From Anaeromyxobacter sp. (lineage in GTDB: Bacteria > Myxococcota > Myxococcia > Myxococcales > Anaeromyxobacteraceae), in contig JASGJN010000022.1 of assembly GCA_049840735.1 (NCBI GenBank), forward strand, positions 416,001 through 480,000: DNA of 64,000 nucleotides, read 5' to 3'. Below the pieces are notes generated by a model, which saw only the letters and a list, made by a program, of their open reading frames with translations, did not search any database and was not told the origin of the DNA. Made by a program: the position numbers and the translations under genes. The stretch's first letter is position 1. Each line of letters opens with the position of its first letter. Shown one piece after another: positions 28,817-38,307 of this stretch.

Positions 28817-29907
28817 GCCGGCGGCGCGACGCGGTGGTGGTGGGCGGCGGGCCGGCCGGCCTGGCCTTCGCCGCCGCCGCGGCGGCGCGCGGGCTGGACG
28901 TGACGGTGCTGGAGCGGCGCGAGGGGCCGCTCGACAAGGCCTGCGGGGAGGGGCTCCTGCCGGCCGGCGTGCGCGCGCTGGCGGCGCTGGACGCGCTGGA
29001 GGCCATCGACCCGCTGGAGTCGAGCCCCTTCGGCGAGCTGCGCTGGTGCGAGCCGGGGTGCAGCCCGGCGCGGCTGGCCCTTCCGGCGCCGGGCGGGCTG
29101 GGCGTGCGCCGCACCGCGCTGGTGGACGCGCTGCGGAGCTGCGCCGCGGCCGCGGGGGCCGAGCTCTTGACCGGCGCGGAGGTGACCGGCCACGCGCGCA
29201 CCGCCGGCGGGATCCGGGCAGAGGTGGCGGGCGGCGAGGCGGTGGAGGCGCGGCTCCTGGTGGCGGCCGACGGGCTGGCTTCGCCCACGCGGCGGCGCGA
29301 GGGGCTGGAGCGCCCGGTGCACGGCCGGCCGCGCTTCGGCATCCGCCGCCACTTCGCCGTGCCGCCCTGGGCCGGCGCGGTGGAGGTCCACTTCGGCGAG
29401 GGGGCCGAGGCCTACGTCACGCCGGCCGGGCCGGCGCGCATCGGCGTGGCCATCCTGTTCGAGCACGAGGCCCGGGGGCGCTTCGAGGCGCTGCTGCAGC
29501 GCTTCCCGGCGCTGGACCAGCTGCTGGACGGCGCCGAGCCGGTTCCGGAGGCGCGCGGCGCCGGCCCGCTGGAGCGCCGGGCCAAGGCCCGCGTCGCCGA
29601 CCGGCTGGTGCTGCTGGGCGACGCCGCCGGCTACCTCGACGCCGTCACCGGCGAGGGGCTCTCGATCGCGTTCGGCGCGGCGCTGGACCTGGCCGCGCTC
29701 CTGCCGGCGGCGCTGGCCGCGGGCGCCGGGCCGGCCGCGCTGGCGCCCTACGAGGCCGCCTGGGCGCGGCGCTACCGGGCCTACGCGGCCTGGACCCGGC
29801 TGGTGCTGCTGCTCTCGCGCCACCGGGCGCTGCGCCGCCAGGTGCTGCGGCTGGTGACCGCGCGGCCGCAGCCCTTCGAGCGGGTGGTGGCCGCCGCGGT
29901 GGGGTAG
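28813..29907 (+). CDS. FAD-dependent monooxygenase/oxidoreductase (FtpE/SrsC-like)
   Basis: VVGGGPAG, DKACGEGL, AADG, LLGDAAGYLDAVTGEG. Confidence 0.9.
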   Translation: MSRRRDAVVVGGGPAGLAFAAAAAARGLDVTVLERREGPLDKACGEGLLPAGVRALAALDALEAIDPLESSPFGELRWCEPGCSPARLALPAPGGLGVRRTALVDALRSCAAAAGAELLTGAEVTGHARTAGGIRAEVAGGEAVEARLLVAADGLASPTRRREGLERPVHGRPRFGIRRHFAVPPWAGAVEVHFGEGAEAYVTPAGPARIGVAILFEHEARGRFEALLQRFPALDQLLDGAEPVPEARGAGPLERRAKARVADRLVLLGDAAGYLDAVTGEGLSIAFGAALDLAALLPAALAAGAGPAALAPYEAAWARRYRAYAAWTRLVLLLSRHRALRRQVLRLVTARPQPFERVVAAAVG

Positions 29908-29947
29908 CGCGGTCGCCGCGCCGCGCGGGGAGCGGTATGGTCGGGGG

Positions 29948-31360
29948 ATGACGCAGGGGACGCTCGCTCCACGGCCTCACCGCTGGCTGGCCCTGGCCGC
30001 GCTGGGCTGCGCCGTGGCCTGCGGCGGCGGCTCGGGGGGCGACGCGCCGCCCGCGCCGGAGGGGCTGCAGGTGGCGGTGGGGGACGGCGCGGTGAGCCTG
30101 GCCTGGCGCGCGTCGTCCGGGGCCACGGCCTACGAGGTCACGGTCTCGCCCGAGGCGCCCGGGGCGGTGGTGGTGGTGGCGGGCCGGAGCGCCGCCGTGC
30201 GCGGGCTCGCGAACGGCACGCGCTACCTGCTGGCGGTGCGGGCCACGAACGCGGACGGCGCCAGCCCGGCGGCGCAGCTGGAGGCCACCCCGACCGCGGT
30301 GGACCCGGCGGCCTACGCGCCGCTGCAGGTGGCCGGCGACGACAGCCCCAGCGGCGTCTTCGACCCCTCCGTGCTGCGGACGTCGGCCGGCGAGCTCTGG
30401 CTGGCCTACTCCGGCGTCGACTACCACCTCGACGCGCAGTCGCACCAGGTGCAGGACGTCTCCACCCGGCTGGCCCGGAGCGCCGACGGCGGCCGGACCT
30501 TCACCTTCGCGCGGACGCTGGCCGCCGCCGGGCCGGCCACGGTCACCGACACCACCCACCAGCTCTGCGGCGCCACCACCTGCAGCGGCCGCTGGGTGCA
30601 CGAGACGCCCTGGCTGGTGGAGGACGCGGCCGATCCCGACCCGGCCCGGCGCTTCAAGCTCTTCGCCATGAAGTACTTCCTCTACCCGCCGGCCACCCCG
30701 GCCACGGTCTACGCGCTGGGCGCCGTCGTGATGTGGACCGCCCCCACGCCCGGCGGCGCCTGGTCGGAGGAGGGCCCGCTGCTGGGCTGGGCGCTCACGC
30801 CGCCGGAGCTGGCCGCGCCGGTGGACGTGAACGGGCTCGACCCGGCGCTGGGCGACTGCGTGGTGCTGGCGGAGGGCGGGGCCTGGGTGCGCGACGGCGC
30901 GCTCGACCTGGTGCTCTCCTGCCCGGTGCCGGGCGCCGACCCGCTGCCGCAGAAGATCGTGCTGCTGCGCAGCCGCGACCACGCCCGCACCTTCAGCTAC
31001 GTCTCCACGCTGCTCGAGCCGGAGGACGCGGCCGCCTACGGCGCCAGCTTCTTCACCGCGCCCTCGCTCCCGCCCGCGGCGGACCAGGCGCCGGTGCTGC
31101 TGGTGACGCCCACCCTGTCCGGCTTCTACGCCGGCTGCCTGGCGCTGCCCTTCGCCGACCCGGTGGCCGGTACGCTGGTGCGGGCGGGCGGCGTGCCGGT
31201 GCCCATCCTCGGGGCGCCGGTGCCGGCGGCCGGCCACTTCGGCGGCGCCTGCGCCTGGGAGGGCGGGCTGGGCGCGCCCGGGATCCTGATCGACGACGTG
31301 GTGCTGGGCGGACCCTGGCCGCCGCAGTTCCGCATCCTGGCCACCGGGCACGGGCTGTAG
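29948..31360 (+). CDS. Lipoprotein with fibronectin-III domain and Asp-box (sialidase/BNR-like) propeller
   Basis: AVACGGG lipobox, FN3 (LAW..YEV..GLANGTRY..VRATN), Asp-boxes SADGGRTF and SRDHARTF. Confidence 0.8.
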   Translation: MTQGTLAPRPHRWLALAALGCAVACGGGSGGDAPPAPEGLQVAVGDGAVSLAWRASSGATAYEVTVSPEAPGAVVVVAGRSAAVRGLANGTRYLLAVRATNADGASPAAQLEATPTAVDPAAYAPLQVAGDDSPSGVFDPSVLRTSAGELWLAYSGVDYHLDAQSHQVQDVSTRLARSADGGRTFTFARTLAAAGPATVTDTTHQLCGATTCSGRWVHETPWLVEDAADPDPARRFKLFAMKYFLYPPATPATVYALGAVVMWTAPTPGGAWSEEGPLLGWALTPPELAAPVDVNGLDPALGDCVVLAEGGAWVRDGALDLVLSCPVPGADPLPQKIVLLRSRDHARTFSYVSTLLEPEDAAAYGASFFTAPSLPPAADQAPVLLVTPTLSGFYAGCLALPFADPVAGTLVRAGGVPVPILGAPVPAAGHFGGACAWEGGLGAPGILIDDVVLGGPWPPQFRILATGHGL

Positions 31361-31383
31361 CGCGCCTGGCCCGCACGCGCCGC

Positions 31384-32346
31384 TCAGGCCTGGCCGGCCC
31401 AGGGCGCCGCGAGCAGCTGGGGCAGGTCCGGGTGCTCGGGCGAGAGCGCCAGCCGCTCGAGGTAGGCGCCCACGTCCAGGAAGCCGGCGCGCGACAGCTC
31501 GCGGGCCACCCGCCGGGCGCGGCGCTCGTCCCGGGGCAGGAAGACCAGGTCCACGCCGACGTGCGGCTCCGGCGCCGGGCAGCCGTGGTGGGTGGCGCCC
31601 AGGCGCCGCAGCGCCTCGCGCAGGCGGGCGTGCTCGGCCCCGCCCCGCACGGCGAAGAGGTGGAAGCGGCGGCGCAGCTCGGTCAGGCGGGGCCGATCGA
31701 GCACGTGGCGGATCAGCAGCCCGTTCAGCCAGACCCGGCGGCCGACCCGGCCGGCCAGCCAGCGCGCGGCCGAGAAGTGGTGCGCGCCGCCGCTGTTGGC
31801 CAGCACCACGCGGCCGTCCCACTGGTGCCAGACGAAGTAGTCCGGCCCGCCGCGCGCGATGCGGACGCCGCGGTAGGCCAGGTTGGAGCGGACGCCGTCG
31901 CCGGAGACGTCGCCCAAGAGCTCCGGGGTGACCGAGGTGACCAGCGAGTCGAGGCAGGCGAACCGCTCCAGCGGCGAGTGCGAGGCGGTCAGCGCCTCCA
32001 CCCGGCGGATCTCACAGGGCCAGCGCGGCTGCGTCTCCACGCGGGTGAGCGCCGGCGGGCCCAGGCCCGGCAGGCTGAGCGGGTCCTCGCACCAGCTGTC
32101 CTCCGGCCCGCCGCGGCCCAGCCGGTCCCAGCGCACCACCGAGGAGTAGCAGGCCGACCGCGCCGGCGGCTGCAGCCCCACCGGCCGCAGCGCGCCCTCG
32201 CGCAGCGCCGCCCGCACCCGCAGCGGCAGGCCCAGCCGATCCCCCAGCCGGTCGCGCAGCGCGCGCACCCAGCGTCCCACGCCCCGGCGGGGCGCGTGGG
32301 CGTTACGCTCCGGGGGCGCCGGCAGGTACGCTTCGCTGTACGCCAT
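31384..32346 (-). CDS. Hypothetical protein, DUF6685-like
   Basis: WDGRVVLANSGGAHHFSAARW motif recalled from this family; start uncertain (32346 or 32361). Confidence 0.6.
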   Translation of the reverse strand: MAYSEAYLPAPPERNAHAPRRGVGRWVRALRDRLGDRLGLPLRVRAALREGALRPVGLQPPARSACYSSVVRWDRLGRGGPEDSWCEDPLSLPGLGPPALTRVETQPRWPCEIRRVEALTASHSPLERFACLDSLVTSVTPELLGDVSGDGVRSNLAYRGVRIARGGPDYFVWHQWDGRVVLANSGGAHHFSAARWLAGRVGRRVWLNGLLIRHVLDRPRLTELRRRFHLFAVRGGAEHARLREALRRLGATHHGCPAPEPHVGVDLVFLPRDERRARRVARELSRAGFLDVGAYLERLALSPEHPDLPQLLAAPWAGQA

Positions 32347-32595
32347 GCACCTACTGTACATGTACCGGCCGCAAGGTTTGACCGCGGCGGGGTGTCGCGG
32401 AGAAATGGGGTCGCGTCATTCCACATTACACTTTCCGCACGGGGGCCCGCCGGAGAGGGACCCGGCCCGGAGCGAGGCGCAGCAAGCGCTCCATCGGTGA
32501 TCAGCTGAACACTTGTTCCCATGTCTTCCTCCGGCCATGGTTCGGGCATGAAAGCTCCCCGTCGCCGCAGCACACCCACCGCCAGGGGCGCGCGC

Positions 32596-33487
32596 ATGAC
32601 GACTGACGACCCCGGCGGCCCGGCCACCCTCGACCGCTCCCCGTATGCGCTCGAGGTCGAGGACTCCTTCGCCGGGCCCCGCCTCGATGACCGGCTCTGG
32701 CTCCCCCATTACCTCCCGCAGTGGAGCTCGCGCTCCGCAGCCGCGGCGCGCTTCGAGGTGGACGGCGGGCTGCGGCTCCGCATCGACGCAGACCAGCCGG
32801 CCTGGTGCCCGGAGTGGAACGGTGAGCTGCGCGTCTCCTCGCTCCAGACCGGCGTCTTCTCAGGGCCGCTGGGGAGCGCCGCCGGCCAGCACCACTTCCG
32901 GCCCGGCCTGGTGGTGCGCGAGCCGCAGGCGCCGAAGGCGCTCTACACGCCACGTTACGGGCTCTTCGAGATCCGCTGCCGGGCGCTGGCCAATCCAGCC
33001 TGCCTGGTGGCGCTCTGGATGATCGGCTACGAGGACGCGCCGGAGCGCTCGGGGGAGATTCTGCGTCTGCGAGCTGTTCGGCCGGGACGTGGGCGAGCGG
33101 CAGGTGAGGGTGGGCGTGGGTGTCCACCCATTCGGTGATCCCGCGCTGCGCGACGACTTCCAGGCCGTGCCGGTCGCCATCGACGCGCGCGAGCTGCACA
33201 CCTACTCGGCCGAGTGGACCCCGCACCAGGTCCGCTTCTTCGTCGACGACCGGCTGGTGAGGCGCGTGGCCCAGTCGCCGGACTATCCCATGCAGCTCAT
33301 GCTGAACATCTACGAGTTCCGCGACGGGACGGCGTCGCCCTCGCCGCCTGGGCGCTACCCCAGGGTCTTCGAGGTGGCCTGGATCCGCGGCTGGCGTCCG
33401 GTGAGCCAGCCCTGGTCCCGCCCCAGCGCGTTCGATCGAGGCGCGGGCGCGGACCGCCCCCGGGTGAGCGCAGGTGTGCCTCGCTGA
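32596..33487 (+). CDS. GH16-like (concanavalin A fold) protein; +1 frameshift at ~33060
   Basis: YGLFEIRCR..ALWMIG..GEICVCELF (after removing one T)..HTYSAEWTP..FFVDD..PMQLMLN; span is 3n+1. Confidence 0.8.
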
Positions 33488-33552
33488 GGCACCCTGGCGC
33501 TCGACCTGCCGCTGCGCCTGTGGTGGACTCGCCCGCCCAGGGGGAGGCCCGC

Positions 33553-34320
33553 ATGACCGGCTGGATGTACTGGTTCCTGCTGTCCGCCATCACCGGCAGC
33601 CCGGTGGGCTCGCTGGCGATCCTGGCCGCCCTCTGGTGGCTGGGCGACCGGTACACGTTCCGCGTCCTGCCCGACCCCTTCCGACTCCTCTCGCGGTGGC
33701 GCAGGGCCGGCCAGCTGCGCCGCACGCTGGCCGTGAACCCGCACGACCGGCGCGCCCGCTTCGAGCTGGCCGAGCTGCTGCTCCAGTCCCGCCAGCCGGC
33801 GGCCGCGGCGGAGATGCTGCGCCCCAACGTCGAGGCGGGTGACGAGGACGCCCGGACCGCCTTCGCCATGGGCGCGGCGCTGGGGCGGAGCGGCCGGTGG
33901 GAGCAGGCGGAGGCGGCCCTGGCGGTGGCCCACCAGGCCGACCCGCGCTTCCGCGCCGGCGAGATCGACCTGGAGCTGGGGCGGCAGCGGCTGGCGCGGG
34001 GTGACGCTGCCGCCGCGCGCGAGGCGCTGGAGCGGCTGCTGGTGGAGCGGCCGGGCACCGTCGAGGGGCGCTGGCTGCTGGGCCAGGCGCTGCAGCGGCT
34101 GGGGGACGCGGCCGGCGCGCGGCGCGTGCGCGAGCAGGCCTGGGCCGACTACGCGGCGCTGCCGCGCTTCCACCGCCGCCACGAGCGGCGCTGGGCCTGG
34201 CGCATCAAGCCCTGGCGGCCGCTGGCCGTCGCGCTGCTGGTGGCGGCGCTGGTCGCCGGCGTGGGCATGGGGGCGGCCAGCTGCCAGGGCCGGTCGCCGG
34301 CGGCGATGTACGAGGAGTGA
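33553..34320 (+). CDS. Membrane-anchored TPR protein
   Basis: N-terminal TM, TPR-like helices (NPHDRRARFELAELL), C-terminal TM; GGGGAGG RBS before the ATG. Confidence 0.82.
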   Translation: MTGWMYWFLLSAITGSPVGSLAILAALWWLGDRYTFRVLPDPFRLLSRWRRAGQLRRTLAVNPHDRRARFELAELLLQSRQPAAAAEMLRPNVEAGDEDARTAFAMGAALGRSGRWEQAEAALAVAHQADPRFRAGEIDLELGRQRLARGDAAAAREALERLLVERPGTVEGRWLLGQALQRLGDAAGARRVREQAWADYAALPRFHRRHERRWAWRIKPWRPLAVALLVAALVAGVGMGAASCQGRSPAAMYEE

Positions 34321-34533
34321 AGTCGCGCCTGCGCCGTCCACCGCCTCGTGGACCGCCCCGCCCCCGAGCGCCCCCTGCAGCCCCGCCGGCGTGATCCGCG
34401 GGGGCTGCCCGCCGGGCCGCGGCGCCACCCTGGCATGGGTGGCCCCGGCCCAGCGGCCTCGTGCCGCTGCTCCGGGGCGGCGTGAGGGGCCGACCGCGCT
34501 TACATCCCGTGCTCCCTGCACCGGAGGTCCGCC

Positions 34534-36306
34534 GTGCCCGTCTTCCGCGAGGTCCTGCTCTACCTCGGCGCCGCCGTCGTCGCCGTGCCCGTGGCCAGCC
34601 GCCTCGGCCTGGGCTCGGTGCTGGGCTACCTGGCGGCGGGGCTGCTGATCGGCCCCCACGCGCTCCGCCTCACCGGCGGTGACGAGGGCGTGGCCACCGC
34701 GTCCGAGCTGGGCGTGGTGCTGCTCCTCTTCCTGGTCGGCCTGGAGCTCGAGCCCCAGCGGCTCCTGAAGCTGCGCCGGGTGGTCTTCGGCCTCGGCACC
34801 GCGCAGGTGATTGGCACCACGGCGGTGCTGGCCCTCGGGGCGCTGGCCCTGGGGCTGCCCTGGCGAGAGGCGGTGGTGGTGGGCATGGCGCTCACGCTCT
34901 CCTCCACCTCGCTGGTGCTCCCGCTCCTCTCGGAGCGGCGCGAGCTGGGGACGCCGCACGGCCAGGCGGCGTTCGGCATCTCGCTGCTGCAGGACCTGGC
35001 GGTCATCCCGGTGCTGGCGCTCCTCCCCGCGCTCGGCGGCACGGCCCAGGCCAGGCCGCTCTGGCTCACCGCGCTGCTGGCCGGCGCCGCCGTGGCCGGC
35101 GTGGCGCTGGGCTCGCGGCTCCTGGCGCGCCCGGCGCTCCGCTGGGTGGGGGCGCTGCGCGACCCGGAGGTCTTCACCGCAACCGCGCTGCTGCTGGTGA
35201 TCGGCACCGCCTGGGCGGTCTCGGCCACCGGGCTCTCCATGGCGCTGGGCGCCTTCCTGGCCGGCGTGCTCCTGGCCGGCTCGGAGTATCGCCACGAGCT
35301 GGAGGCGGACATCGCGCCGTTCAAGGGGCTCCTGCTCGGCCTCTTCTTCGTCTCGGTGGGCGCGCGGGCCGACCTGTCGCTCCTGTGGCACCGGCCGGTG
35401 GCGGTGCTGGGGACGGTGGCGGGGTTCGTGGCGCTCAAGGCCGCGGTGGGCGCGATTGTCGGCTGGCGCGGGCTGCGGGACGGCGACGGCGCCCTCTCGC
35501 TGGGCCTGCTGCTCTCGCAGGGCAGCGAGTTCGCCTTCGTGATGCTGGCCATGGCCGCCGGGCAGGGGCTGGTGCGCCCGGAGCTGGAGGCGCTGCTGGT
35601 GCTGGCGGTGACGCTCTCGATGGCCACCACGCCGGCGCTGTTCGCGCTGCACGCGCGGCTGGTCCGCCCGCGCCTGGCCCGGCGCGACCGGCGCCCCTAC
35701 GACGTCGCGCCGGAGGGCGACCCGCCGGTGATCGTGGCCGGCTTCGGCCGCGTGGGACAGGTGGTGGGGCGCGTGCTGCGGGCCAAGCGCATCCCCTTCA
35801 CCGCCATGGACGCCAGCCCAGAGCACATCGAGTTCATCCGGCGCTTCGGCAACAAGGTCTTCTACGGCGACGCCTCGCGCCTGGACCTGCTGCGCGCGGC
35901 GCGCGCCGACCGGGCCCGGATCTTCGTGCTGGCCATCGACGACGTGGAGGCCTCGATCCGGACCGCCGAGGTGGTGCTCCAGCACTTCCCGCACCTGACG
36001 CTCTTCGCCCGCGCGCGCAACCGGCAGCACGCCTACCGCCTGCGAGCCCTGGGCGTCACCCGCATCATGCGCGAGACCTGGCTCTCCTCGCTGGCGCTGA
36101 CCGGTGAGGTGCTGGAGGCGCTGGGCGCGGACGCCGGCGAGGCGCGGACCGCGGTGGAGCGCTTCCGCGCCCACGACGAGGCGCTCTTCGAGGAGTCCTG
36201 GCAGGACCAGGGCGACCTGGACAAGCTGGCGGAGCGCTCCAGCCGCAGCCGCGCCCAGCTGGAGCAGCTCTTCGACGAGGACGCGCGGACGCGGCGGCCG
36301 GCGTGA
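34534..36306 (+). CDS. kefC: KefB/KefC-family CPA2 K+/H+ antiporter with KTN domain
   Basis: LGLGSVLGYL, GLELEP, LLQDLAVIP, SEYRHELEADIAPFKGLLLGLFF, GFGRVGQ, FYGDASRLDLL; KefB versus KefC cannot be separated by eye. Confidence 0.9.
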   Translation: MPVFREVLLYLGAAVVAVPVASRLGLGSVLGYLAAGLLIGPHALRLTGGDEGVATASELGVVLLLFLVGLELEPQRLLKLRRVVFGLGTAQVIGTTAVLALGALALGLPWREAVVVGMALTLSSTSLVLPLLSERRELGTPHGQAAFGISLLQDLAVIPVLALLPALGGTAQARPLWLTALLAGAAVAGVALGSRLLARPALRWVGALRDPEVFTATALLLVIGTAWAVSATGLSMALGAFLAGVLLAGSEYRHELEADIAPFKGLLLGLFFVSVGARADLSLLWHRPVAVLGTVAGFVALKAAVGAIVGWRGLRDGDGALSLGLLLSQGSEFAFVMLAMAAGQGLVRPELEALLVLAVTLSMATTPALFALHARLVRPRLARRDRRPYDVAPEGDPPVIVAGFGRVGQVVGRVLRAKRIPFTAMDASPEHIEFIRRFGNKVFYGDASRLDLLRAARADRARIFVLAIDDVEASIRTAEVVLQHFPHLTLFARARNRQHAYRLRALGVTRIMRETWLSSLALTGEVLEALGADAGEARTAVERFRAHDEALFEESWQDQGDLDKLAERSSRSRAQLEQLFDEDARTRRPA

Positions 36307-36315
36307 GCCGCGCCG

Positions 36316-37080
36316 CTACGGCTGGTGGCTGCAGGCCTTCTGCCCGCTCATCCCGAAGCAGGCCGCGTAGCTGTTGCGCAGGTTGTCCTGCGTGACCCGC
36401 ACCCGGCCGTTGATGGCCCGCAGCTCCAGGTCCTCCTCCAGCACGCGGGTGCGGAACTTCCAGCCCGGCGGCAGCCGCAGCCTGGTCCCCAGCCCCTCCA
36501 GCCCCTCGGCGGTGAGCGTGGGATCGAAGGCGCTGGTGAACGACTGCATCACCCAGGTCGTGCCGCGGGGGTCCTCGAGGAGGTAGACGCGCGTGCCCTG
36601 CTTCCACCCCTGGCGCGAGTCGCGGTCCTCGTCCAGCGGCGCGTAGTCCAGGGCGCCCGGCTTCTCGTACTCCTCGACCAGCCAGCGCACGCCGGCCCAG
36701 GCGGCGGTCAGGCCGCCGAGGTCGCGCTGGGCGCCGAGCGGCCGCTCCTGCCAGTCCAGCGTCCAGACCCGCGGCCCGTCCTTGAGCGCGTCGGGCACGT
36801 GGTAGGTGTCCTCGAGCGCGCCGGTGCGGACCTTGGCCCACGCATCGGCAGGGCAGCTCTGCCCGGCCGCGCCGTTCAGGCCGGTGGTGTCGTAGACGAT
36901 GGCGTAGGGGGCCTGCCGCAGGCTGGTCCCGGCGATGAGCAGCACCTGGCAGAAGCCCTGCCCCGAGAGCCCCTCCACCCGGACCGCCTTCGCGCCCTTG
37001 CCATCCTCCAGCGGCCCGCGCTGCACGTTGGCGCAGGCCGTGAGCAGGGTGGCGAGCAGCAGCGGGGCGAGCATTCTCAT
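36316..37080 (-). CDS. Hypothetical lipoprotein
   Basis: [17 protein letters not shown] lipobox; conserved-looking [23 protein letters not shown]. Confidence 0.8.
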   Translation of the reverse strand: MRMLAPLLLATLLTACANVQRGPLEDGKGAKAVRVEGLSGQGFCQVLLIAGTSLRQAPYAIVYDTTGLNGAAGQSCPADAWAKVRTGALEDTYHVPDALKDGPRVWTLDWQERPLGAQRDLGGLTAAWAGVRWLVEEYEKPGALDYAPLDEDRDSRQGWKQGTRVYLLEDPRGTTWVMQSFTSAFDPTLTAEGLEGLGTRLRLPPGWKFRTRVLEEDLELRAINGRVRVTQDNLRNSYAACFGMSGQKACSHQP

Positions 37081-37286
37081 GGGGGCTCCGAGCACGATGT
37101 GGGCTGGCAGGCGACCGATGGTGCCCCGGAGACCGGCCTGGAGGCGACACTTTTCGGCTCGCCGGGGGGCTGCCCACCCCCGCCGTCCTTGACGGGGCCC
37201 GGGGCGCCGCGGCACAAACGGCGCCCCGTGGAACTGTCCTCGGCCCGCGAACCGTGGGTAGGATGGCTCTCAAGGAGGCACACCCG

Positions 37287-38286
37287 ATGCGCTGCACCGT
37301 CCTGGGCGCCGGTTCCTGGGGAACCGCGCTGGCCTCGCTCCTCGCCGGCAAGGGCTACACCGTCACCAGCTGGGACAAGGACGTCCCGGTGCTGGACGAG
37401 ATGGCCAAGCACCACCGCAACGAGCGGTACCTGCCCGGCGTGGTCCTCCCCGCCACCCTGCACGCCACCCCGGATCTGCAGAAGGCGCTGGAGGGGGCCG
37501 AGCTGCTGGTGCTGGCGGTCCCGTCCCACGCCGTGCGGCAGGTGGTGATCGAGGCCAAGCGGCACGTCCACGCCGGCACCCCCATCGTCTGCGTGGCCAA
37601 GGGGATCGAGCTGGAGTCGCTCATGACCATGAGCGAGGTGATCGAGGACGTGCTCCCGGTCCCCCTCCACCCCTACGTCGCCGTCCTGTCCGGCCCCTCC
37701 TTCGCGAAGGAGGTGGCCAAGGGGCTGCCCACCGCCGTCACCGTGGCGGCGCGCTGGGAGCGGATCGCCAAGCAGGTGCAGGACGCCTTCCACACCAAGA
37801 CCTTCCGCCCGTACACCTCCGGTGACGTGGTGGGCGTCGAGAATCGGCGGGTGCGTGAAGAACGTGGTGGCGATCGCGGCCGGTATCGCCGACGGGTTCG
37901 GCTTCGGGGCCAACGCCCTGGCCGCGCTCATCACCCGCGGCCTGGCCGAGATCACCCGGCTGGCGGTGCGCAAGGGCGCGAACCCCCTCACGCTCTCCGG
38001 CCTGTCCGGGCTGGGTGACCTGGTCCTGACCTGCTCCTCCGACCTGTCGCGCAACCGGACGGTCGGGCACGGCCTGGCCGCGGGCAAGACGGCCGAGCAG
38101 ATCCAGAAGGAGCTGGGTCAGGTGGCCGAGGGCATCCGCAACACGCGGTCCGCGCACGACCTGGCCGAGCGGCTGGGGGTGGAGATGCCCATCACCGACA
38201 CCATCTACCGGGTCCTCCACGAGGGCGCCTCGCCCCGGGAGGCGGTCACCGCGCTCATGATGCGGGAGACCAAGCCGGAGATTTGA
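37287..38286 (+). CDS. gpsA: NAD(P)H-dependent glycerol-3-phosphate dehydrogenase; +1 frameshift at ~37843
   Basis: [22 protein letters not shown], then [17 protein letters not shown] after removing one [13 protein letters not shown]. Confidence 0.95.
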
Positions 38287-38307
38287 CGGCGGGGTTACAC
38301 TGAGGCG

